Assembly (NCBI GenBank): GCA_951406725.2
Contig: OX597817.1
Coordinates: forward strand, 83,576,001-83,640,000
Reading direction: 5' to 3'
From: Octopus vulgaris
Taxonomy: Eukaryota
DNA: 64,000 nt
Positions 13,345 to 25,773 of the stretch are shown here, piece by piece. The first letter of the stretch is position 1; each line of letters opens with the position of its first letter. Under the pieces are notes generated by a model, which searched no databases, was not told the DNA's origin, and saw nothing but the letters and a program-made list of their open reading frames with translations. A program made the translations under genes and the position numbers.

Positions 13345-13452
13345 TTCCTGCTTCCATCTTTCCTGAGCGCCTATTAATAATAATACTGTAATTGTTCCAT
13401 GTGTTGTTGTTTTTTCTGTTTTCCCGTTTGGATTAAAATTATATATATATAT

Positions 13453-13553
13453 ACATTCATAAAAATTAGATAGAAATACGTATACCTACAGAGAAACAGA
13501 CGCATATATAGACACACACACATATACATTCACACTCAAATGCACACACACAC

Positions 13554-13587
<34 letters not shown>

Positions 13588-13638
13588 GTTTATTCTTTTA
13601 CTTGTTTCATTCATTTTACTGCGGTCATACTGGAGCAC

Positions 13639-13682
<44 letters not shown>

Positions 13683-14207
13683 CTTTAGGTTAATTTAAAT
13701 CTACTTGTGATATATTTTAACTTCTAAAAGTAATATCACTGCAGCTACCGTGGAGAATTAAATACTTTCTTTTGGTAAAAGATATGAAAACACCATATGT
13801 ATTCAGTGCTTCTATTAGCAGATTCTCAGACGCACGTTTCAGGCGTATTAGCCTTCCACAGTTGGAAATATTCATTGACTGTTTTTAGATAACGCACCGG
13901 TTTTAAATCTACCTAGGGTTACCTATCTACGGTGCTTCGAAAATGTTGTTTAATCGCGGATTAAAAAACCCGCGTCATTGTTTCAACAAAAAAGAGAATC
14001 TTCTATTGACAACAGTGGTTAAAGAGAAAGACAGAAGAAAGGAGCGACGAACATTTTTATTCTATAAAACATAATACTTAAAGAACAGTTTCGTGATGTG
14101 GAAACATTATAAAGAATTAAAAGTGCAGTAGTTAAGAAATAAGAGATAAGAAGATTTCAAGGAAAAATCTTACAATGTAGATATGAAAGTAATCGAGAAT
14201 AAATAAT
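13453..14207 (+). repeat. ~750-bp direct repeat, copy 2
   Basis: Colinear with 5486-6238. Confidence 0.95.
13823..13868 (-). ncRNA. Minimal hammerhead ribozyme-like motif (core variant)
   Basis: Minus strand: CUGUGGA-AGGC(uaauac)GCCU-GAAAC-GUGC-GUC-UGAGAA. Confidence 0.6.
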
Positions 14208-14502
14208 AGGAAAAAAAACTGAAAATAAGGAAAACACATACATACTTATAATTTGAGCTTGCAATGTATTTTCAATGCGGCGCTCCAGCATGGCCGCAGT
14301 CTAATGACTGAAACAGGTAAAAGGTAAAACAAAAGATATATATGTGTGTGTATGCGTATGTAGATGCGCGCACGCATACACACACACTCACACACATACA
14401 CACACACTCACATACATGCACGCACACACACACACATACACGCACGTACACACACGCGCGCAACTATCTATATATATATATAAATCTATATATATATATA
14501 AA

Positions 14503-14536
<34 letters not shown>

Positions 14537-14542
<6 letters not shown>

Positions 14543-15235
14543 GCGGTAAATAAACTGTCGTCTAAATTACGCAAAAATGAAAATAACACTGACATCTCAT
14601 TTTAACAGATTATTTAACAAAATTACATAGAAATATCTTGAAACTCTACAGAGTAAATTTATTTAATAAAGTCGCCATTGGATTCTACTACGGCCTCCAG
14701 ATGACTTCTACTTCTGCCACACTTTTGGATAGTCTCCTTGTTTGAGGTGGTGAATGCTGCCATCAGTTCATCTTTGATGTTACAAAGAGTTTTGTTGGTC
14801 TCTCGTACAAACGGGTGGCTGTACTACTTCTTCCATGCACTTGATGTAGGCCTCCGTGTTGAGTCTGAGGTCGTGTGGGAAGATGAATGGAGGCATAATA
14901 CCGCCATCACTAATGATCACTCCAAACACCATGATGTTGACCGGATATTTGATTTTCATTACTCTCGGTATATATCCTCAAATTGGACTGTCGTCAGATT
15001 GACACCCAAACACTCTGAAATGTTCATATTGGAGCTTCCGGCGGGAATGCCAAGCAATACAGCAAGTCGTTTCCAAATTTCTGGCAGAGTGAATTGCCTC
15101 GGGGCGCTGTTTTTCTCACAGGCGGTGCCAAACTGACTTTACTATACTGTGTAGTCGACAAAATCAAAAAACAAACAATGCGCACACGGGAAATTAAAAA
15201 TTATAAAATTGTGACAATTTACCCATCGCACCCTG
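14537..15235 (-). mobile_element. Internally deleted Tc1/mariner-superfamily transposon
   Basis: TIRs tagggtgcggtaaataaactgtc / gacaatttacccatcgcaccctg, flanked by TA. Minus-strand transposase remnant IMVFGVISDGGIMPPFIFPHDLRLNTEAYIKCMEEVV..LEAVVESNGDFIK. Confidence 0.8.
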
Positions 15236-15679
15236 TATATTAGTCGGCATGCTGTCCTCGTCTTGATTGTTGCTTTTGCTGTTTCGGCTTTGTTCTCTTT
15301 TCTTTTCTTCAAGTGATTTGTGATTCCCCTAATTGCCTTTCCTGAGATTCAGGTTAGAACTTCTATGTGATTATTCTGCATTAACTAGTGCCTTTATCCA
15401 CTAAGCTATACTCGTAGGAGGTGTCAGGGTGAACTTTTTAAGGCTTATAAGCCTCCAGTCATGTCTTATGTCGGTTCTGTACAGATTGGACAATACAATT
15501 CTATATTTCTGATATGCGCGCGCGCGTGTGTGTGTGTGTATGTGTGTGAAATTATTAGTTTCTTACCACTCGGGACTTTTGTCTGTGCATCCACAGGGTC
15601 ATCGAGGAATTTATGACTCTATGTCATAACTTATCTGAAATAAGTGTGAGCTTATTTAAAAAAAGTATTATTAATGAGA

Positions 15680-15860
15680 CTGAAGCGATGGCACGTTGTC
15701 TAGTCTTTGGTGTCGCACTCGCGATCGCAAGATTTCATTTCAAACTGCTTCACTCCACTCAGCTATATATGTATAATCTTACGACTGACTGGCCTTCCGA
15801 TCAGACGGAGCATTGCGATCTTGGCCACTTGTATGCCATGGAAATCTCGTGACTGGCTCC
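15680..15860 (+). mobile_element. Highly diverged tRNA-SINE (V-domain-like)
   Basis: cactccactcagct..cgactgactggccttccgatcag..tatgccatggaaa resemble the family at 24871. Confidence 0.4.
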
Positions 15861-16674
15861 AATAGAAACGCATATAACCTAAATTCTTTCTCACTTCAAA
15901 ATTACTTCAGGCCATCCCTTTTACAACCATAATCAATACCCCAGTAACTGCAACACTCCCTACAAATATTTTCATGATGATTTCTCTTCATCTTACTCAT
16001 TAGCTAATGTAATAAGTGCACGGCGTAACGCCCAAGCATTTTATTCTCCACCACATCCCTACACATAATCATGTAGTGAAAAGACTTTTTTCTTACTCCA
16101 ACCGAACAAGCCAACTAATCCTAATGCTGACCTTGTTTACCCCTCAAAAAGAGGACTTCAGAGCTAGCTATTATCCTATAATTTCTATAATGTATCTCAA
16201 TGGGAACGCACAACAGGTCATATTCTGAAGATGACAGCCAACTTCCATATTAGCAATCTCAAATCCAGGCCTTCCTTTTGTACATTAAAGAACTGCATGC
16301 TCTAACTTATAATCGCACACATACTTAGACGATGCCAATCTTCATTCATCCTTCCCTCTACACACTCAGACGCCTCACGTTAAACTTGCACTATTTCCAT
16401 ATATTTTCTTGCGGATGCGAAGCAGACAAGTTTTCTTCATCATTATAAAAATTTAAATGCTACATATAGTAGGAACTAAACCTTGCACCACGTTCTCTCT
16501 GCAATGAACTTCACACAACCAGCATCCCTGAAGTGGCTTTAAATGATAGGCTTTGCTAGATCAAGCAATCTTTCGTGTTTACCTCAAATATATACTATTG
16601 TTAAAACATCACCCATCAATCTAGCATTCCTCATCTGAACCAAACTTTTTCAACTCTGATCAGTTTCCAGATGT

Positions 16675-16905
16675 ATAATCTAATGGTCTAGGGGTTCAGC
16701 TCATAGTCATTAAGTCGTATGTTCGATTCTTGGATCGGACGACATGTGTCCATGAGTAAAGAACTTCCTTTTAGGTTTTTTTCCAAATCACTCAACTGAA
16801 TATGAAAACTCTGCGTTAGACTGGTATCCCGTGCCGGAAAAACATTTGCACTCTCTGTCACTTGAGCGCCAGGGGAACCGCGATAAGTTCCAGCTCAATG
16901 GACAT
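16675..16905 (+). mobile_element. Diverged tRNA-SINE (V-domain-like)
   Basis: A/B-box remnants (ctaatggtctag..gttcgattc) and ctgcgttagactggtatcccgt. Confidence 0.45.
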
Positions 16906-19900
16906 GTAAACTTTATAAAATAAAACCCACTTTTGAATAACGCTCAGATATTTCAGACGGTACTGCTACCACAAATGCATATATTCTAGATTGCTATAAA
17001 CGGAAAAAAAAACTATCCGCCCAGCTCAGTGGGAAATATTCATTGATACTATACAATCATTAGAGCTACAAGAAGTGAGAAGAAACACATATACTGTTTA
17101 TTCTCCCTTCTTGTAGTACTACCACAATGGCTCATGCTTCTTGAAACTATTTTTGTACACCCTCTTCATTTCCCTTCCATTCGATATTTCTGCAGCCCCT
17201 CTCCAGATACTTTCAACTGTTTCTTTCCCAACAATTTCGATTCTTAAATCCAGGACTTGATATACAAACTTAAACCTGCGAGTGATTACAGAGTCATTTG
17301 ACCGTAATTTCAACCGAAATCTGCAAATTTCTGATGCTCCTTATTGACAACATGTTTCCCATGCGTTTGAAACTGAAGACGTACAGTCTCATCAATTCAC
17401 ATCGATCTACTCAGTCTGGCATAATTCACTGAAGTCGTTGGTTCTAAAAACAGTTTTACTACTTCAGGAGAAAATACCACCTCAAATTAAATATAGAAAC
17501 ATCATGCTCAGTGAGAAAAATGAATGTCTATTTAGGTTTTCCTTTGCCACCGAAAAACTCATGTTGTAAATAGGTAATATTTTTTGATTTCACAGTCAAG
17601 TGTTTGTATTTGTTGTGAGTTTATATATATATGAGTGCATCAGATTGCATGTTTCTCTAAATAATATTCCAGAAAGTTTCACTATTCTTTTGATTATCTT
17701 TATCTATATAATTTATGCCTGTTGTTGAGTCCGCTTTCGATAGTCCTTCTTGATTAATCTATGATCATCTGCATTTTTTAGACGAATACTCCTACAGCTA
17801 AAAGTATGCATGGAAAAAATCATAAACAGGGCATTGTATGTTGTATACTATACAACATATTGAAATATGCAGAATAGATGACTTCACAATATATTTTCCA
17901 TCCCAACCTAAAGAACAGCGTCAGGCTGGTTGTGTTTGTATTCAGAAGATTATGTTAAAATGTTCTGTCAATATTATTTCTTTCCGAAGGAGCAGATTTA
18001 TTTTAGGCTCTTTGTGTTTTGAGTGTTGTCACCAGATCGATTTTTCAGAAATGTTTTGTGAAGATAATGATTAGCTGTCATATTTATTCTGCTACTGATG
18101 ATTTAAATAATAACTTTTCACTGATACAGAGCTGCCGACAGCTTTTTGCCAACGCAATATCTCAACTGTTTTCCTATAGAAGATAAAGTATTGTCTGATA
18201 CTGAATGAATATTATATAGCTTTCTTTTGTAATTCTGTGGGGTTTTTTTCAGCTGCAGGTCGACTCTGATTGACGAGACCTATAATCATAAGTATTCCAG
18301 TTATGACCATCCCGTCTTTTTGCAGGATCATGTATTTAATAGCAAAAGAAATTTGGTTGTTGTTTCTAGCAAGCCTAGTGGCCGCTGATGGGGCTTCTAT
18401 GTTTATCAAATAGAAAGACGTTTTGATTTTTGTTAATGTATCTTTTATATTTTTGGAATGAGGCCGGATTAATATTTTTGTGTCATTGAAGCCAAGGCGA
18501 ATAAAAAAAACATTAAACCATAATCATAAAAGCTACAGCAACAGCTTGCGTCTCTAAATTTTTAAAAGTAATCTGCTAAAGTGGAGGAATTACTTAAATT
18601 CCTCGGTAATGTTCCACACAATACAAGTTATGAAGTTAAAATACTTTTAGTTAGACTGAATGGAGATGATTGTGGATCTGGGGGGGGGGGGGGGTAAACG
18701 GGGTATCAGCCAAGTAATTTTGTCACACCTTCCTGAAGATTGATTATTCATGGAAACGAATCGCATCAGCAAATGAAATGGTGTTAGCTTCTATTGCATC
18801 TGGGAAGCTTTTTTTTTTTATCCAATGAAGTAATCATATCCATTTTTTTAAATATAAAGCATCGATTCATTTGAAGCCATTGGTAAAACTAAAACATTTT
18901 CATCTGTTTTTCCCTATATTGAATGTCAGTGTTCCCTAGCCACAGATAGATAGAGAAAGCAAACAGACATTGTATGAAACATCATATATTTACTTAAGCC
19001 GGCGGGTCAGTTGGAATGAGGCGTCAGCCCTTAGTATGCCGTTCGCAGTTTTTAACCCCTCTTAACTCCTGTAGATATATGATAATAGATTTTCCTACTA
19101 CAATTTCCTGTTCAGGTGGATCAGTTAAATTGGAAAGACAGCAATTCAGTTTAGACATAGAGGAAGTCAACGCCTTTAAATTACTTTTCTTCTTTATTCC
19201 TACTCATCCACATACAGTCAAGTACTCGAATATTGATACTTCTTAATAGTATCACTTCAGCAGTATATGAAATATGGCTTTTGTGCGCATAGCTACTCCC
19301 ATACATTTTAATGCCTGTTGGAGGGCTTTTGTTCACTCTCAGCATTAAAGTGCAATTTATTGTCAATTCGACTTCAGAAATCAGAGAAATATGCATTTCT
19401 AGTGCACAGTTTTCCTCCATACTATTAAATCGATTCCAACAAATTTCCATTAAGATATTCCGTGAAAATACCGTAACAATGTTCGAATATTGATATGAAA
19501 GCAGAGCTAGAGAATTGCAAGATCATTGTTGTTTTTCTCACTCGGCATCGAACGTTAGCTACTTATTGAACAATTACGCTGAGTTTTTCACAACAGAATA
19601 TAGAATATTTCCTTCCAATAGATATACAAATCGTTTTTGTGATGATTATAATTACATGCCTTCATCTCAGATGGCTAAAGTTTACTGAGTTATTATTATC
19701 GTAATCTTTGATCTTTAGAACTCTGGCAAATACATTGATTCTAATAAACACGGACGAGGAACATTATTTATAATATGATTACAACCCAACTAGATGTCCA
19801 CGCTATTATTTCATTCCCTTGGAGGCTAAAAGGTAATTCTTATATCTACTCACCCTCTTGTTCAAATATTATATCCTTTGCTCCTTTGCAAATTTCGAAA

Positions 19901-20120
19901 AGAATTTGCATTTAGTTTACGTGGGGTGGGGTTGATATTAATCTAAGCTCTCTATCAGCCTATGATTGCTCGTTCTTTATTAATTATATTTTAGCTAAAT
20001 TCTTGTTGTCATTCTTTATGAGTTACCATCAAGTGGAATTGATGCTGACGCTTTTGATGTATTGTATAGTATAGATATGAAACAATATCCGTTAATAAGA
20101 AATTTATAGCCTTTGGTAAT

Positions 20121-21291
20121 AGAGGGTTTGGTTAAAAGTAAAAGTGGGAGTAACTTTTATAATAACTGACACAGTTTGTTCAAAATGCGTTCGTTATTAG
20201 AGTAGCACTTGCTCAATACAAAGTTAATACTCAACATAATATCCATAGCTAGCGAAACATTAGCACCATCATTGAACAGAACTTTCAAATCCTTTTTGAA
20301 AAAACTTCTGATGTGCACTATTCTACCAAATTCTTCTCGTCCACTTTCACCTTGTCTATGTTATCAAATTGTTGTCCATGTAAACCGACTTTCTTTGGAC
20401 CAAACAGGTAGAAGTCGGAGGGCACCAAATCCGAACTATATGGCGAATAAGGAACCACCGGCCAACCCAATATACCGATTGTGTGGTCATACAATGTCAT
20501 TGCGAATGTGCATCGTTTTCAGTTTGTTGTTCGGTCATATCTTCGTAATGGCTTTTCTAAGCTTTTTGAATGTCCCAATGTAGCAAACGCTGTTTATAGT
20601 ACCACTAGGCTCCAGAGAATCACGGAGGATTACGACCTTCTCCTCTTCCAAAACAGTCACCATGACTTTTACTGGCTCGTAAACTTTATGCCTTGGAAGA
20701 AAAGCATGACACCATTTCATGAAGTGAGCCTTCACTTTTCGTCTTTGTTGCCTTCAAATACTTCCAGCAAATCAAAGCAGACTACCACCCTTCTGTCTTT
20801 GAAATCGGGTAACAGCTACCGTGGAATCCACTTAGCACACAGTTTCCGGTAACTAAAGTCATCGTGTAGCTAAAATCATCCACCACCTTCTGTAAAGTTG
20901 TAAGCTGTGCAGCAAGCTCAAGGATTATGAGCATCTGTACACTCAAATAAACTCGTTCGCTCACTGGCGATTTATGTCAATAGTCGCAGTAGATGATCTC
21001 CTACTGCGTGTTTTTTCTCTTTCTTAAAATGTCTTCCTCCATCTGTACATATTACTCTTGTCAATGGTGTCATCTCTTTAAAAGATTTCTGCCCTTCTGT
21101 GGATGTTCACTAGCTTGCACCCTTCCTACGTCAAGAACTCAACACATTGCTTCAGCTTGGTGCCCATTATTTTCCTACAACGGGGAGATTTACTTTAGAG
21201 GAAGCGTTACTCTACATGTACAATTTGAACGAGTTATGTCAGTTAATAAAAAAAGTATGCCTTCTCTTGCATTACTTTTGGTACAACCCTA
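20121..21291 (-). mobile_element. Decayed mariner element, near full length
   Basis: GWPVVPYSPYSSDLVPSDFYLFGP (YSPDLAP-like), KVMVTV..GTINSVCY. Imperfect TIRs gagggtttggttaaaagtaa / ttacttttggtacaaccct. ~1.17 kb. Confidence 0.85.
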
Positions 21292-21456
21292 GCAAATATC
21301 CGCCACCTAATCCGGGATTATGTTCCTCAATAGTCCAGTGTTTAGTTGGCCTGTGTTAATTTAAATTTAAATTCTACTAATGATAAAAGTATAAGAGAGT
21401 TAGGTTCGTACCAATGACTCTCTCTCTCTCACACACACTCTCTCTCTTTCTCTCTT

Positions 21457-21522
<66 letters not shown>

Positions 21523-22399
21523 TCTCTCAGAACCAAAATCTTCTAGACCAACAATAAAATTTTATTAATTAGAAATTCATTCACAGGCAAAACCTCCTAG
21601 CAGAACACAGAACATAATTATTAATACGTCAAATTTTTCAACACGCCCGTGTTTTATTTTCCGATTTTGTGTAGATAACAATGTGAAGTAAGGACTAATC
21701 AATCTTTGATAGCAGTGTGGCAAAATATTCTGTGTGAGATCATACAATTCATTTTAAAACTGTTTACCAGTAGGAACGTTTTAAAGTTAATGCAGTTAGT
21801 TTCTCTGTGATTGTGGGGATATTGTTTTCACGGCATTATATATTGGAACTGAGTTGTTTAGTAAAGCAAAGATATCTGTCATATACGTGAAATTGCACAC
21901 CAGTCATCCTCATCTGGTTCGTGGTAAAATGAGTTTTTCTTCTAGCTCCATGTGTCTCTTTAATTTATTCTGTAGTATGAACACTTGGTTTAAATATTTT
22001 CGACGTAATCAGTTAATGAGGCTTAGAGTGCAAAATTAGTCATAAATGTTCTGATTCCGTAATTCTGCAAAGTAAATAAACGCATCTTTAATAGTTTTGC
22101 TTTGATCAAGTTCTGACAAAGAGCCAACTTCGAATCAGCAGCAGGAGTACTGGTGAGTAATGCCGGTTTGTATAAAAAGATAGTAAGCTGACGTTACAAC
22201 AGGCTTTTTTTTTGCTTTATGTTTGACTAATACTAGTTGATTGCATAATACCAAGTAGGTGAAGTGTTTGCTCAACAAGAAAACTAGACATAATAGCTGA
22301 AATATTGATGCAGTTTTCATCAGTTTTCATCAGATTTCTATCCTTCCTCAAAACTGGTTCCCATATGCTGCTCATATCTGCACTCGGTCTGCTTAGGAG

Positions 22400-22400
<1 letters not shown>

Positions 22401-22459
<59 letters not shown>
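22401..22459 (+). repeat. (TAA)n target repeat, left of LINE
   Basis: Perfect TAA run. Confidence 0.95.
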
Positions 22460-24364
22460 GAATAAATGGCAAACAGTGCTACAGCTCCAAACAAAAGAAA
22501 ACCAAAGCCATCCCCATTGGAAGAGGAATATTGCAGGGAGACACGCTCACTCCACTCCTTTTCTGTTTGGCACTGTCACCTCTATCTGATATGCTAAATA
22601 GAACTGGATGCGGATATAAATGTTACGGCAAAACGATCAGCCACCTTTTATATATGGATGACCTAAAACTATACGCTGCAAATGACAAACAGCTGGAAAC
22701 ACTATTAAAGACAGTTCACGGATTTACCAAAGAAATAGATATGAAATTTGGATTAGAAAAATTCGCCAAAGTAACCATGAAAAGAGGAAAACATCACACT
22801 AGATAAAACCAATGAAATAAAAGAATTAGACCAAAGCCAAACTTACAAATACTTAGGAATCCATGAATTAGATAAGACACAACACACACAAATGAAAGAG
22901 AAAATAAAAAAAGAATATTATAGACGAGTTAGATCAATACTAAAAACAGAGCGCAATGCTAAAAACAAGATAATAGGTATTAACACTTTAGCTGTCCCAG
23001 TTATAAGTTACAGCTACAATATCCTTAACTGGACACGAAATGAACTGACCAAAATAGATAGGAAAACAAGAAAAATAATGACAGGACCTAGGATGAATCA
23101 CCCAAAATCTGACATAGAAAGACTATATATACAACGTAAAGAAGGTGGTAGATGCCTTATACAGCTGGAAAACTACTATAAAATAACCACCATAGGACTG
23201 CAAAAATATCTACTTCAGAAGGAAGGAAAACTGATACAAATAGCGGCAAAACACGAGCAAAACAAAAAACTGTTCTCAGTATTTAAGGAAGCTGACAAAT
23301 ACAAACAAGAATTCATACCACCTAATAAATATGAAGAAGAAGACGAAGAAGAAGAAGAAGAAGAAGAAGAAGAAGAAGAAGAAGAAGAAGAAGAAGAAGA
23401 AGAAGAAGAAGAAGAAGAAGAAGAAGAAGAAGAAACAACACAAGCTATAAAAGAAATGAAATCCAAACTGAAAATAGAACAGCAACGAACTATGATAAAA
23501 CGATGGCAAGAAAAGCCCCTTCATGGTAAATACTGGACTAAACTAAACGCAAAAGAAATAGACAAAGAAAAATCCCAGCAATGGTTGAGAAGCTCAGGAC
23601 TCAAAGCAGAGACAGAGGGATTTTTAATTGCAGCACAAGACCAAAGCCTTCCCACCAGAAATTACCAAAAACCTGTAATGATAAGAAATATTACAAGTAA
23701 CTGCAGAATATGCGGAGATGGACAAGAAACAATAAATCATATTATCTCTGGCTGCCCAGTCCTAGCTAAGAAGGAATATATTCACAGACATGACAGAGTT
23801 GGAACCTACATACACTGGAAGCTATGCCAACATTATGGAATAACAACAGAAAAAAGATGGTATAGGCACACACCAGAAAAGGTCACAGAAAACGAGAAAG
23901 CAACCATACTCTGGGATATGCCGATACACACAGATAGGGAAATTAAGGCCAACAGACCAGATATAGTTGTCAGAGATCATGAAGAAAAAAATGCTTTCTA
24001 ATTGATGTATCAATACCGGGAGATGACAACGTGTCTCTAAAAGAAATGGAGAAACTTTCAAAATACAACGACCTGGAAATAGAGGTAACCAGAATGTGGA
24101 ATCTAAAAACAGAAACAATTCCTATCATAGTAGGGGCATTAGGCATGATAAAAAAATATTCAGACAAATACATAACAAAAACACCAGGACTTACAAACAC
24201 ATATAACATACAGAAAATTGCACTACTAGGCACTGCACACATCCTACGCAGAACACTTTCCATACAATAACCATCAGAGCATCACAACAAATCACAGCAC
24301 ATACCTAAGGCACACAGAGCTGCGCTCGGTAGTGAAGTGAAAGCACGCTATGAAAATAAAACTA

Positions 24365-24367
<3 letters not shown>
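22460..24367 (+). mobile_element. R4/Dong-clade non-LTR retrotransposon, 5'-truncated (RT + CCHC + restriction-like endonuclease)
   Basis: GILQGDTLTPLLF, HLLYMDDLKLY, YKYLG, CRICGDGQETINHIISGC, RHD, LWD..NRPDIVV, EKLSKY, PIIVGALG. Frameshifts at ~22790 and ~23990. (TAA)n on both sides, the known Dong target. Confidence 0.92.

Positions 24368-24450
<83 letters not shown>
24368..24450 (+). repeat. (AAT)n target repeat, right of LINE
   Basis: Perfect AAT run. Confidence 0.95.
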
Positions 24451-24451
<1 letters not shown>

Positions 24452-24499
24452 GTCGAAGAATACCTTAGGAATGAGAACCCAGGTTCGAAATTTTCCCAA

Positions 24500-24545
24500 G
24501 ACACCTGAAGAAGGCTGGAGGGTATATCAGTCGAAACATTGTGTT
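24500..24545 (+). ncRNA. Minimal type I hammerhead ribozyme-like motif in probable solo PLE terminus (~24451-24595)
   Basis: GACAC-CUGAAGA-A-GGCUG(gaggguauau)CAGUC-GAAAC-AUU-GUGUU. Stems I and II pair; AUU in place of GUU suggests CpG decay. Confidence 0.7.
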
Positions 24546-24714
24546 AACAACAAACAAGATGAGGAGAAATATCCGTCGAATGTAAATAATGTAAAGTTAT
24601 GTGATAGTAAATTTGTAGAAGAGTAGTTAACATATCTGCTAATATTGAGAAATATGTTTCCAGTAGTATGAAGAAATTTAAATTCGAATCGACTGACATT
24701 GGTAGAAAAGCATT

Positions 24715-25172
24715 ATGATGAGTACTGCTTGATTAGCACTGTTTAATGGGCACTGAGTACATTTTCTTGAATACTGAGTCGCGAACAATATTTGATGAGC
24801 ACTGCTTGATGAGTACTGCCTCCTAAATACTATTTAATGAGCATGTTTTGACGAGCACAGCTTGATAAGTTTTTTTGTTAATTCTCGAGCCATGTCTGGC
24901 TCATTAGGGCCGGTTTCCCCACCTGGACGGGACACCGGTCCGTAGCAGTTAAGCTGCAAGAAGCAAGAGGAAAGAGTGAGAGAAAGTTGTGGCGAAAGAG
25001 TCATTACCTTCTGCCGAAGCCGTGTGGAGCTTAAGCGTTTCGCTCATAAACACACACATCGCCCGGTCTGGGATTCGAACCCACAATCCCTCGACCGCGA
25101 GTCTGCTGCTCTAACCACTAGGCCAGCTTGATAAGTGCTGCTTGTTGAATATTATTTGATGAGAACTGCTTC
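24715..25172 (+). repeat. Degenerate 14-bp minisatellite (GATGAGYACTGCTT) interrupted by a SINE
   Basis: Units gatgagtactgctt, gattagcactgttt, gatgagcactgctt, gacgagcacagctt, gatgagaactgctt. Confidence 0.7.
24871..25125 (-). mobile_element. tRNA-derived SINE (V-domain-like) with 13-bp TSD
   Basis: Minus-strand A box TGGCCTAGTGG and B box GGTTCGAATCC. TSD cagcttgataagt at 24858-24870 and 25124-25136. Confidence 0.88.
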
Positions 25173-25199
25173 ACCTCTAACATTCCTTGTGTGATTATT

Positions 25200-25773
25200 T
25201 CATTGTGAATAAATCTCCTATTGCTAACCCACTAAGATCTGTGCTTTTCTAGCAACGTTGGTCGATTCTATATTCGAATTCTTCATAGTTTCGGAAACAG
25301 GTTTCTCAATATCAACTGCTATCTCAATAATTCTTCTGCGAATTGTACTAGTACACAAAAGAAATTTCGTAACTTTTCACTCAGTATCAAAGAAAGTTTT
25401 TAAAATCAGGAAAACTGAATGACTTTTCCACCTTATTATGTATGGTTTTCTTGTTGAGCAATTACTCTACCCACTTTGGAAGACGCATTCTGCAAATAAT
25501 CTGAAACTGTGACTTGTTTTTTTCAATCCCTGATCGCTGATATTTCTGTTGTTCCAAGGTTTTCAAATGCTGATAATGTTGATGACGTCGACGATGGCGA
25601 CAATGATGACGATGATGAAAAGGAAAGGAATTTGAACTTAGAACGTAAAGAGTCGAAAGAAATACTGCTAAGCATTTTGTCGAACACGAATCTTACAAAG
25701 AAACGCGAATTATCCTTAAAACTATCTTTCACACTTGCCATTTTCTCGCGTTGCACCCTTTGTGAACCATTGC
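25200..25773 (-). mobile_element. hAT (Buster/Charlie-like) transposon 5' remnant
   Basis: Minus-strand TIR-like caatggttcacaaagggtg; remnant KPYII..STIRRRIIEIAVDIEK..ESTNVARKAQIL. Confidence 0.6.

Larger units (their letters stand above)
8340..13440 (+). mobile_element. Penelope-like retroelement (Neptune-like), 5'-truncated, with long 3' region
   Basis: RT-EN coding region 8342-10448, then a CA-rich tract, then an HHR-like motif (13308-13344) and a T-rich end abutting (TA)n. Including the tail is an inference. Confidence 0.75.

Noticed and set aside
17400-19700. Possible ancient transposase on the minus strand (WDGK-like word near 17900)
   Set aside because: Candidate motifs are out of order and too degraded to support a call.
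25060-25125. tRNA-like A and B boxes (also ~60150-60225)
   Set aside because: These are SINE heads continuing into a SINE body with TSD or tail; no complete cloverleaf.
24715-25172. CRISPR-like or coding repeat array
   Set aside because: Contiguous degenerate tandem units without unique spacers, in a eukaryotic context.
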